Assembly: GCA_039801565.1 (NCBI GenBank)
Contig: JBDRUX010000058.1
Location: 1-15,504, forward strand
Reading direction: 5' to 3'
DNA from: a candidate division WOR-3 bacterium
GTDB lineage: Bacteria > Hydrothermota > Tepidihabitantia > Tepidihabitantales > JAOUPE01
Length of the DNA: 15,504 nt
Part shown: positions 1-7,042 of the stretch, one piece after another
Position numbering within the stretch: the first letter of the stretch is position 1
How the letters are laid out: each line of letters starts with the position of its first letter
The notes under the pieces: generated by a model
What the model was told of the DNA's origin: nothing
The model's database searches: none
What the model saw: only the letters and a program-made list of their open reading frames with translations
Translations under genes and position numbers: made by a program

Positions 1-38
1 TTACTAAAAATGAGAAGTCATTTTTGGGTAAAGTCTTA

Positions 39-137
39 GGATATTATTTTCGATGATTTTCAGTTTCTCTTTGGGCACCGATTTGTTTAAGGACTGTAAA
101 AGCTTGATTAAGATAATCAAGAGCCTTTTCCCCTTTC
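39..137 (-). pseudogene. Frameshifted 3' remnant of a TPR-repeat protein gene (copy 1)
   Basis: Minus strand reads KGEKALDYLNQAFTVLKQIGAQRETE, then after a 1-nt shift IIENNIL. This resembles a terminal TPR helix B plus capping helix. It aligns by eye with 711-806. Confidence 0.55.
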
Positions 138-380
138 TATGCGTTTTAGCAGAACTACCATTACACCTCAGTCACGGGTAAGATAAAACCAGTCATAACC
201 AAAGAGGCTACATTGCGAATTACTTGAGACTTATGTAACTATAAGCCATCCTAAACCAAAGGCTTATCGTAGATTAGAACGATTAAAAATCACTTTAACA
301 ATTTTAATATTTTTCTTAATTTCTATTTAATTTTATTAATATTTGTCTAAGGTATTGATTTTGCGAAAGAAAGGCAATGG

Positions 381-405
381 AGGGGCTAGCCTAGGGCTAG
401 CCCCT
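381..405. repeat. Perfect 11-bp inverted repeat (hairpin) at the head of the left 12-bp array
   Basis: AGGGGCTAGCC-TAG-GGCTAGCCCCT. Confidence 0.8.
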
Positions 406-419
406 GGCTATCTCCTATA

Positions 420-635
420 TGGTATAGGGGGCGGTATATAGGGTAGCATTCGAGCAAGCTTAGTCTTTAGCCTTCGATTAAGTCTTGGGATTAGGTTTTG
501 AGATAGGCTAAAGAATAGGAAGGAGAGATAGTTAGGAGGTAGGGACGGGGATTGGCTTGGGGAAAGGTTCGGAAGTAGGCTTCGGGTGAGACAGGTAATT
601 AGCCACAGATGTAGGCAGGGTAATAGGCTCGGAAG
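420..635. repeat. Degenerate 12-bp-period tandem array, about 18 units (left copy, G-rich on + strand)
   Basis: A TAG/NAG/NGG-type core recurs at 420, 432, 444, 456, 468, 480, 492, 504, 516, (529), 540, 552 (TTG), 564, 576, 588, 600, 612 and 624. The intervening bases vary. Confidence 0.85.
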
Positions 636-664
636 ACCTCAAACTGGCATACGCCTTCAGGTAT

Positions 665-687
665 TCTCCTTTAGTGTGTAAAGGAGA
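665..687 (-). terminator. Stem-loop immediately after the stop codon of TPR remnant copy 2 (terminator-like)
   Basis: TCTCCTTTA-GTGTG-TAAAGGAGA forms a 9-bp stem. There is no strong U-tract. Confidence 0.4.
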
Positions 688-806
688 TTAGTTTTGTGCT
701 TGGAGGGTTTGGATATTATTTTCAATGATTTCAATCTCTGGTTTGCCGATTTGTTTGAAGATTTCAAGGGCTTGATTGAGATAATTCAGGGCTTTATCCT
801 TTTCGC
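688..806 (-). pseudogene. 3' remnant of a TPR-repeat protein gene (copy 2), no in-frame start
   Basis: Minus strand reads EKDKALNYLNQALEIFKQIGKPEIEIIENNIQTLQAQN*, with an in-frame stop shortly upstream. The 'ALxYLxQALEIFxxIG' pattern is typical of TPR_12-like repeats. Confidence 0.6.
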
Positions 807-1055
807 TTCTTTTGCCACTAAAGTTACAATTTTATCCTCAGGGCAATTCGTACAGTTTTTCTTAGATTTTAAATACAGAAGAAGTAGTTGCGAAATAGCA
901 ATTTCGAAACCAACAACCGCTGCAATCTTAAATATTAAACCTATCGTCTACTCAATCTTATTCAAATTTTTCTTCGGTCAAAGACTTTCCACCAATCCTT
1001 TGCCATTTTTGGTCAAGAAAAGATAACCAGATGAGTCAGGTAATGAAACTAATGC

Positions 1056-1083
1056 TTGACTGCAGATCGCTGAGCGGTATAAT
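1056..1083 (+). promoter_or_regulatory. Sigma70-type promoter pointing into the cassette array (Pc-like)
   Basis: TTGACT-16 bp-TATAAT, followed by the palindrome AGTTAT-A-ATAACT at 1094-1106. Confidence 0.65.
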
Positions 1084-1103
1084 AAGAATTGTGAGTTATA
1101 ATA

Positions 1104-1271
1104 ACTTAACTTCTGTGATAAAAACTGCGGAGTTTGGTTTTTATTGGCTTTGCTTTTTATTTTATTCTAATCCAAATTTAGTTAAAAATGTGTTATATCC
1201 GAATCGGGTTCGTCTATACTCCAAATTTAGCACAAAAAGCGAAGTACTTCGTCTATGAACGAGTTATCCGA
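1104..1271 (+). other. Left recombination site of the first cassette (degenerate attC or attI-like); core G^TTATCCGA at 1263
   Basis: GTTATCCGA (1263-1271) matches 8/9 the reverse complement of TCGGACAAC (3784-3792) at the far end of the cassette. RYYYAAC (ACTTAAC) lies at 1104-1110. TCCAAATTTAG and TTCGTCTAT each occur twice as direct repeats. The arms do not pair cleanly. Confidence 0.5.
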
Positions 1272-1299
1272 AATTCGGCTCGGCGAGTTTAACAAAAGA

Positions 1300-1334
1300 T
1301 TTAAAACCTAATGAGAAATACTATAATGCGAGGT
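1300..1334 (+). promoter_or_regulatory. Cassette-internal promoter and RBS for the RM operon
   Basis: TTTAAA-16 bp-TATAAT (1322-1327), then GAGGT (1330-1334) before ATG 1345. Confidence 0.5.
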
Positions 1335-1344
1335 AGAAAAAAAT

Positions 1345-2751
1345 ATGCTATACGGTAATCAACAAAAAACACTCTTGGGAATAAAAAATCCTGAGCAGGA
1401 ATATTTAGAACTTATCAACAAAGAGTATTATTTTCAAGACGCTGTCCAAGTTTTAGATAAAATTGACTGGGATTTTAAAGATTTTACAACCCAATATCTT
1501 ACCCATACCTTTCATTCTTATCCTGCAAGGTTTATCCCTCAAATACCACTTTCTTTCATCAAATTATTTACGAAAGAAAAGGAAACCATTTTAGACCCAA
1601 TGTGTGGTTGTGGGACAGCATTGGTAGAGGCTTTTTTAAATAACCGAAACTCCATCGGCAACGACTTTAATCCACTTGCAACCCTAATAACCAAAGTAAA
1701 AACGACTCTGATTGATGAGAATGAATTTAGATATTTTAATAAAAAGTTAGCAGTTATGAAGCGATATTTAGATTTAGATTATAGGAGAGTAGATGAAAGA
1801 ATCAATAATTTGCCCAACAGGAAGGTAAGCAAAATCTTCAATAGGGTTGTAATCTCAAAATTAGAAAGTATCCGTGAAACTCTGTTAGAGGTAAGAGAAG
1901 AAGGACACAATGATTTATTTGATTTTGGAAGGGTAGCTTTATCATCAACAATTTGGTCATTAGTAGAAAATAGTAATGGAATTGATGTTGATGATATGTT
2001 TTTGAAAAAAGTAAAATCTATGCAAAATGACCTACAGGAGATGGCTAAAATTATTAAAACTATCCCTGAAGTAAAAGTAATTTGTGGTGATGCAAGAAAT
2101 TTGGATGTCAATACTAACTCAATAGACTTAATAGTGACTTCTCCACCTTATGTGAATGCATTGGATTATTATAGGACACACATGTACAATATGCTTTGGC
2201 TTGGAATGGATTTTGATTTATTTAGAAAACATGAAATAGGGGGACATTCTCATTTCATTGTTAATAGATTTAGACTGCTTTCAGAATATTTAGGGGACAT
2301 GCTTCGTTCAATGATTGAGATGAATAGAGTTTTGAAGAAAGATAAAGTATGCGTAATTGTAGTGGGGAACTCCAGTTTGGAATATGAATTGATTGAAAGC
2401 CATAAATTTTTTGCCGAAATGGGTAAAAAAATAGGATTTAAACCAATAAAAACAATCTTTAGAAATATTGATAAAACAAGGAAATACACAAGTGCAGATA
2501 TAGGGAAAATTGATGATGAGTATATTGTTGTAATGCAAAAAGTAGACGACGCCAATGTTTCTGCGGGTGATGATAATTTTGTTTCTGATGTTGTAAGAGA
2601 GCAGATGATAATATTTAGAGAGCAAATAAAGAAATGTCAAGGTACTTCTATTAGGGGGAGGAAACCCACAAACGAGAGATTATTAAAGAATGTTGATAAA
2701 ATTAGCGAGGCAATAGAAACAATTTCTGAAGATATAAAGATAAAGAGGTAA
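1345..2751 (+). CDS. Type II DNA methyltransferase, probably N4-methylcytosine (SPPY), motif I before motif IV
   Basis: Contains HSYPARF, SAM-binding ILDPMCGCGT, catalytic IVTSPPY and EMNRVLK. Lies directly upstream of a restriction endonuclease gene. Confidence 0.92.
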   Translation: MLYGNQQKTLLGIKNPEQEYLELINKEYYFQDAVQVLDKIDWDFKDFTTQYLTHTFHSYPARFIPQIPLSFIKLFTKEKETILDPMCGCGTALVEAFLNNRNSIGNDFNPLATLITKVKTTLIDENEFRYFNKKLAVMKRYLDLDYRRVDERINNLPNRKVSKIFNRVVISKLESIRETLLEVREEGHNDLFDFGRVALSSTIWSLVENSNGIDVDDMFLKKVKSMQNDLQEMAKIIKTIPEVKVICGDARNLDVNTNSIDLIVTSPPYVNALDYYRTHMYNMLWLGMDFDLFRKHEIGGHSHFIVNRFRLLSEYLGDMLRSMIEMNRVLKKDKVCVIVVGNSSLEYELIESHKFFAEMGKKIGFKPIKTIFRNIDKTRKYTSADIGKIDDEYIVVMQKVDDANVSAGDDNFVSDVVREQMIIFREQIKKCQGTSIRGRKPTNERLLKNVDKISEAIETISEDIKIKR

Positions 2752-2755
2752 GAAC

Positions 2756-3730
2756 ATGAAAGAATTTATTAGCAAAATAGTATACTCAATCCTTACGGGG
2801 CAGGATTACAGGACATATGTTTTGGCTATGATAAATAAAAGATTCATTGATAAAGCACAGGAGCTAATTTCCGAAGTTTTTGAATACAAACGAAGAGGCG
2901 ATAATTGGCTTGAAAAACTTTTAGATGACACTTCCAAAAAGATTGGCAAAGAAAATAAATTTAAACTTTTGTGGTTTGGTGGTCTGAATGATAAAACTGT
3001 AAAGAATATGACTGGTGGAACATCTACAAAAGAAGTGTGCCTGGATTTAGGCAAAAAGAATATAAAAGCTTTACAACTATTATTAGAGGAGTTTGAGAGT
3101 TCTGAAGATCTATACCAGATTAAAATAATAATCAAAAAGGACGATGCGCAGATTGAATTAGACAATGTTGAAAGTTTATTTTTCGTCAACATTATTTCAG
3201 CGATGAAACTAACAATTCAAGGAGGAGCTTGGAGTGAGGTGGGAAAGAAGACTGAAAAAGGTTTACTCTTTGTGATATTTAGGCTACTAAAAATTCCGGA
3301 TGATGACTACATTCTAACAACAGAGGAAATGAAGAAAAAAGGATTGGTTGAAAACAGAGAAATAGATGCCATAGTTTTCAGTAAAGACAAAGAACCTCTA
3401 ACCGTTGAGTTAAAATTACTTGGAATTGGAAATCCAGAAATAGGTGACGAAGCACTTGCCAGAAAAGTAAGTCTATTTTTGATAGACAGATTAACAGAAA
3501 TGATGAAGAAAGAATGCGAAAAAATAGGAGTTAAAGTAATTGAGTTTAGGCAAGAAAATCCTTTACTAGAGATTTACAATTTTCTCAAATCAAAAAATGT
3601 AGATTGTAGCTTACCTGAGAAAATTACACCCAAAGAATTGGAAGACAGGATAAACGGAATAATCACGGAATGGAGAGAAGAACAAGAAGATTTGACTGTC
3701 ATTAAAAAACTAAAAGAGTGGACAAAATGA
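2756..3730 (+). CDS. Type II restriction endonuclease, CfrBI family
   Basis: TIQGGAWSEVGKKTEK resembles the CfrBI-family signature, and REIDA...VELKLLGIGNPE is a PD-(D/E)xK-like motif. Starts 4 bp after the MTase stop. Confidence 0.82.
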   Translation: MKEFISKIVYSILTGQDYRTYVLAMINKRFIDKAQELISEVFEYKRRGDNWLEKLLDDTSKKIGKENKFKLLWFGGLNDKTVKNMTGGTSTKEVCLDLGKKNIKALQLLLEEFESSEDLYQIKIIIKKDDAQIELDNVESLFFVNIISAMKLTIQGGAWSEVGKKTEKGLLFVIFRLLKIPDDDYILTTEEMKKKGLVENREIDAIVFSKDKEPLTVELKLLGIGNPEIGDEALARKVSLFLIDRLTEMMKKECEKIGVKVIEFRQENPLLEIYNFLKSKNVDCSLPEKITPKELEDRINGIITEWREEQEDLTVIKKLKEWTK

Positions 3731-3785
3731 TACCGCTGAGCCGAACTCTCCGCTCGCTGACGCTCGCTTCAGTGCTAACGTACTC

Positions 3786-3872
3786 GGACAACAACGGACA
3801 TACAGTTCGGGCTTTCCCCTCACCTAAATGCTCGGCTTCGCCTCGCACTTTGTATGTCCGCAGCCGTTAGGC
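3786..3872 (+). other. attC recombination site (RM cassette), about 87 bp
   Basis: R'' GGACAAC at 3786-3792, perfect 10-bp inner inverted repeat CGGACATACA (3795-3804) / TGTATGTCCG (3851-3860), and R' GTTAGGC (GTTRRRY) at 3866-3872. Confidence 0.8.
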
Positions 3873-3905
3873 GAAACGGCAAAAAGTAAAAGGAGACCTT
3901 AAAGC

Positions 3906-4295
3906 ATGTATCAAAAAGTGGCGCCAATGTTTCTTGTAGAAAATGTCGATAAAGCTGTCGAATGGTATAAGGACATATTTGGAGCAGAACCCCAGGCCAG
4001 TTTACCCAAAGAACCCCCTTTTGAATGGGTATCACTAATGCTTGGAGATATGGAAATCATGTTTTCACAGAAAAAATCAGCCCAGAAGTGGTATTCTGAG
4101 AATGTCATAGTCGCGGAGAAACCTGCCAACTTCATTGCATATATCTATGTTGAAGATGCCAACAATCTGTACGATAGAATCAAAGACAAGGTCAAGATAA
4201 TTATGGAACCAGTAGACCAGTGGTATGGAATACGGGAATTTGCTATTCAGGACCCTTTTGGAATCATTTTAATATTTGCACAGATTGTGGAGTGA
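3906..4295 (+). CDS. VOC family protein (glyoxalase/bleomycin-resistance fold)
   Basis: Contains VAPMFLVENVDKAVEWYKDIFG, AYIYVEDANNLY and PVDQWYGIREFAIQDPFG. AAGGAG RBS upstream. Confidence 0.92.
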   Translation: MYQKVAPMFLVENVDKAVEWYKDIFGAEPQASLPKEPPFEWVSLMLGDMEIMFSQKKSAQKWYSENVIVAEKPANFIAYIYVEDANNLYDRIKDKVKIIMEPVDQWYGIREFAIQDPFGIILIFAQIVE

Positions 4296-4316
4296 TGTAA
4301 ACCATGGCGCCGCATC

Positions 4317-4437
4317 GCCTAACATAGCATAAAAGGTTGATGTCACTTCGTTCCATCTATGCTTTGCATCGCGTGCCTTACGGCACTTACCCAAATTTCG
4401 CCTTCGGCGGACCTCTTTTATGCCGAAACTGTTAGGT
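4317..4437 (+). other. attC recombination site (VOC cassette), about 121 bp
   Basis: R'' GCCTAAC at 4317-4323, inner inverted repeat GCATAAAAG (4327-4335) / CTTTTATGC (4415-4423), and R' GTTAGGT at 4431-4437. TCGCCTAAC is the exact reverse complement of the cassette start GTTAGGCGA at 3866. Internal mini-hairpins GTGCC-TTAC-GGCAC and CGCC-TTC-GGCG. Confidence 0.9.
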
Positions 4438-4472
4438 GCAATTGCGATGGCTACTTAAAATTGCCCAACCTT

Positions 4473-5261
4473 ATGAATAACGACATCAGGCAAGCGGTCA
4501 GTATCTTCGAGAAGGTGGAATCAACGCTTATCCGAAACCATCCAGACTTCACTGAGCGTTCAAGAAGGCAAGCAGTCGTTGATTTCAAAAGAATGCTTCG
4601 TGAATTCCAAACAGATACCGATGACGACTTTTTCTTTCATATGACTATGATCGTCTTCTATTCCGGATTTCGAGCGTCGACTGTTAACAAGAAGAAACCG
4701 GTAATCTATCGTTATTTCAAATCCTATAAGAAAGTTGCTACTTACAGTCGTAAGGATGTCACTCGAATTCTCAACGATCCCAAAATGATTGCTCATAGGA
4801 ACAAAATTAAATCCATGATTGACAATGCCAAGCAATTCGTCAAGTTAGTAGGCCGCTTTGGTAGCTTCAGAAACTATTTGCTTTCCTTTAATCCAAAATT
4901 TCCACTCTCCGAGGATAACCTTGACCAATTACGCGCAGATCTGATGAAGCGATTTGCCTATCTTGGCCCTGCAACCGTAAACCATTTTCTTACAGATTAT
5001 GGCTTCCCGGTGGTAAAACCAGATCGAATGATTATGCGGGTCTTGCATCGTAGTCACCTTATTCCAAGCGAATCGGTCCGTCACTATCCCAAAGCAATCG
5101 CGATATGTAAGGGCATTTCTGAAACCCTAGCGATACCAATCCGATACGTCGACAGCGTATTTGTTTGTCTCGGTCAAGTTGGTGAAGCTAACATTTGTTC
5201 GAAGAATAACCCAAAGTGCGATAAATGTGATCTTAAAAATGTGTGCAACTTTTATGATTAA
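4473..5261 (+). CDS. DNA-3-methyladenine glycosylase I (Tag)-like / HhH-superfamily DNA glycosylase with C-terminal [4Fe-4S] motif
   Basis: Tag-like segments IVFYSGF, MIAHRNKIKSMIDNAKQF and RFAYLGPATVNHFLTDYG. C-x6-C-x2-C-x5-C (CSKNNPKCDKCDLKNVC) at the C-terminus. Start moved to ATG 4473 because the called start at 4359 lies inside attC. Confidence 0.75.
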   Translation: MNNDIRQAVSIFEKVESTLIRNHPDFTERSRRQAVVDFKRMLREFQTDTDDDFFFHMTMIVFYSGFRASTVNKKKPVIYRYFKSYKKVATYSRKDVTRILNDPKMIAHRNKIKSMIDNAKQFVKLVGRFGSFRNYLLSFNPKFPLSEDNLDQLRADLMKRFAYLGPATVNHFLTDYGFPVVKPDRMIMRVLHRSHLIPSESVRHYPKAIAICKGISETLAIPIRYVDSVFVCLGQVGEANICSKNNPKCDKCDLKNVCNFYD

Positions 5262-5462
5262 TAATTTACTATCACTACTACATAATAGCCAAAAGCGCGA
5301 AGCTCCATGAAAGTCATCAATTTAGAATTTAGGACTTGTCTCAGACACGTAAAGTCACTCAATGGTCACCGCTACCCGTCTCTTTTATCTAATGAATCTT
5401 TAGCTGCCATTGTCTGTTTTTGACTGACGTGATATAAATTGATTGAAAGGTTGGTGAAAAGC

Positions 5463-5677
5463 CCAGCTAAAGAACCAACTCCATAGGTAGCGTACCAGCC
5501 AACCCCGAGTCAACTCCCCAGGTGACCTACGGAACTACCTACTGGGTCGCTTCCGAGCTCGCCCCCAAACCCGCTTCGGAACCTGCTATCCAACCGACCC
5601 CCGAAGTAACTTATGAAACAACTTGGGAAGCAACCTACGGAGTAACTTAGGGGGTCGCCTACGTGACCACCCCCTAA
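5463..5677. repeat. Degenerate 12-bp-period tandem array, about 18 units (right copy, C-rich on + strand, inverted relative to 420-635)
   Basis: RCY core with C at 5467, 5479, 5491, 5503, then 5514 and every 12 bp to 5670. Example units: gtgacctacgga, ccgacccccgaa, gtaacttatgaa, gcaacctacgga. Confidence 0.85.
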
Positions 5678-5756
5678 GCGATACCCCCTCCCTAAAGGAA
5701 AATTAGCGTAACCCGACGAACGATTAACAAGATAGACGAAAAAATCGGACGATTTT

Positions 5757-5778
5757 AATTCTACTTTTAAGTAGAATT
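5757..5778. repeat. Perfect AT-rich palindrome (possible protein-binding site)
   Basis: AATTCTACTT-TT-AAGTAGAATT. Confidence 0.7.
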
Positions 5779-5856
5779 TTTGGCACAAAACCTCTCCTGG
5801 CGAATTGACCTTTTGTCGAGAAAACCCGTCTTGGGATGATAATTGAAACTACTAAA

Positions 5857-5907
5857 GTAGCGAGCGATGCATCGTGTAAGAAAAGGTCGCATAAATCTGA
5901 CCGCTAC
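5857..5907. repeat. GTAG-family REP-like doublet
   Basis: GTAGCG at 5857 and CGCTAC at 5902-5907. The right unit GGTCGCATAAATCTGACCGCTAC is an imperfect palindrome ending in CTAC. Confidence 0.45.
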
Positions 5908-5921
5908 ATTTTAATTAATCC

Positions 5922-5949
5922 TTGACCCTTAAAATAAAATAATTAAACT
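5922..5949 (+). promoter_or_regulatory. Sigma70-type promoter, probably giving a leaderless transcript of the DUF763 operon
   Basis: TTGACC-16 bp-TAAACT, ATG 5 nt after the -10 box, no SD sequence. Confidence 0.55.
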
Positions 5950-5954
5950 AATTT

Positions 5955-7040
5955 ATGCGTATCGGTCTTGCCGAATTACCATTACACTGGGGTAGTGCGC
6001 CCCGCTGGCTATTTGAACGAATGACCCGACTCGCCCGCGCCATTGCCGAAATAATTGTGATTGAATACGGTCCTGAAGAATTCCTGAAAAGAATCTCTGA
6101 CCCGGTCTGGTTTCAAAGTTTGGGCTGTGTCTTAGGCTTTGATTGGCACTCTTCTGGTGTCACAACCACAGTCTGCGGCGCTCTGAAAGAAGGATTGAAA
6201 GAAAATGAATCTGAACTCGGAATATTTATCGCTGGTGGCAAGGGAAAAACTTCAAGAAAGACACCTGAAGAAATTGCAATCAAGACCCAAAAGTTCGGCT
6301 TAGACCCAAAACCCTTAGTCTATGCCAGTCGAATGTCAGCCAAAGTCGATTCGGCCTGCCTTCAGGATGGTTATCAAATCTATCATCATACCTTCATCAG
6401 CACAAAAGATGGCAAATGGGCAGTTGTCCAACAAGGTATGAATCCCCAAACCCATTGGGCAAGAAGGTATCATTGGCTATCTTCGGCTATTGACGATTTT
6501 GTTGTCGAACCCCATAAGGCAATTGTCTGCGACCATAAGACAAAACCATTGAACTTGGTTGCTAAGGAAAGTGAAGATACCCGGATAGTATCAGTGAAGT
6601 TGGCGCAAGAGAAACCAGAAAAGACCATTAAGGAATTGAAAAGAATAAAGGAATTAGTTTTGCCCAAACATCATCCAATTTTCGCTTCGGACATCAATCC
6701 CAAGCGAATTGAGAAGATTCTATTAACCACTTATGAAAATCCGCCGAAAGATTTTGCGGAATTAGTAATTAAACCAGGAGTCGGACCAAAAACGCTTCGT
6801 GCCTTGGCATTGATTTCCGAGATTGCCTATGGTGCTAAACCGAGTTTTTCTGACCCGGTGAGTTACACATTTGCTCACGGTGGTAAAGATGGTCACCCTT
6901 ATCCAGTTAATAAGACCGAATATGACCGCTCAATCGCTATCTTAGAGCGAGCGATAAAGTTGGCAAAGATTGGTCGAACCGAACAACTTTCTGCCCTTAG
7001 ACGTTTAGCCAATTGGCAAAAAATCGCTGATGGGTACTAA
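5955..7040 (+). CDS. DUF763 family protein
   Basis: Contains LPLHWGSAPRWLF, WFQSLGCVLGFDWHSSGVTT, SAKVDSACLQDGYQIYHH and FAHGGKDGHPYPV, plus HhH-like PGVGPKTLRAL. Confidence 0.9.
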   Translation: MRIGLAELPLHWGSAPRWLFERMTRLARAIAEIIVIEYGPEEFLKRISDPVWFQSLGCVLGFDWHSSGVTTTVCGALKEGLKENESELGIFIAGGKGKTSRKTPEEIAIKTQKFGLDPKPLVYASRMSAKVDSACLQDGYQIYHHTFISTKDGKWAVVQQGMNPQTHWARRYHWLSSAIDDFVVEPHKAIVCDHKTKPLNLVAKESEDTRIVSVKLAQEKPEKTIKELKRIKELVLPKHHPIFASDINPKRIEKILLTTYENPPKDFAELVIKPGVGPKTLRALALISEIAYGAKPSFSDPVSYTFAHGGKDGHPYPVNKTEYDRSIAILERAIKLAKIGRTEQLSALRRLANWQKIADGY

Positions 7041-7042
7041 TT

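Larger units (their letters stand above)
1263..5261 (+). mobile_element. Integron-type gene cassette array without an integrase in the window (CALIN-like), three cassettes
   Basis: Two attC sites, three GTT core sites (1263, 3866, 4431), and co-oriented unrelated genes each starting shortly after a core site. Confidence 0.8.

Noticed and set aside
420..635. 12-bp arrays as a CRISPR array (also 5463-5677)
   Set aside because: No identical 23-50 bp repeats with unique spacers, and no cas genes.
39..806. TPR remnant pair as a DGR template/variable repeat
   Set aside because: Differences are not confined to adenines, indels are present, and there is no reverse transcriptase gene.
1087..1110. 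lacO-like AATTGTGAG or dif-like site
   Set aside because: Only a partial match. Spacing and arms do not fit lacO or XerC/XerD consensus convincingly.
694..1258. ORFs 694-1026 and 1031-1258
   Set aside because: The first is antisense to the TPR remnant. The second runs across the promoter and att region. Neither looks like a known protein.
1..1262. Integron integrase gene upstream of the array
   Set aside because: No ORF with tyrosine recombinase R-H-R-Y motifs on either strand within the window.
4359..4472. N-terminal extension of the glycosylase ORF
   Set aside because: Lies within attC and across the recombination point. ATG 4473 is more plausible.
5753..5778. Resemblance of AATTCTACT...GTAGA to a Cas12a direct repeat
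   Set aside because: Single copy, fully explained as a palindrome, with no array or cas12a gene.
5510..5788. 92-aa minus-strand ORF with G/S every fourth residue
   Set aside because: A by-product of the 12-bp periodicity, with no RBS. The opposite-strand 4-aa reading (PTPE VTYE...) contains stops and a frameshift, so neither is called as a CDS.
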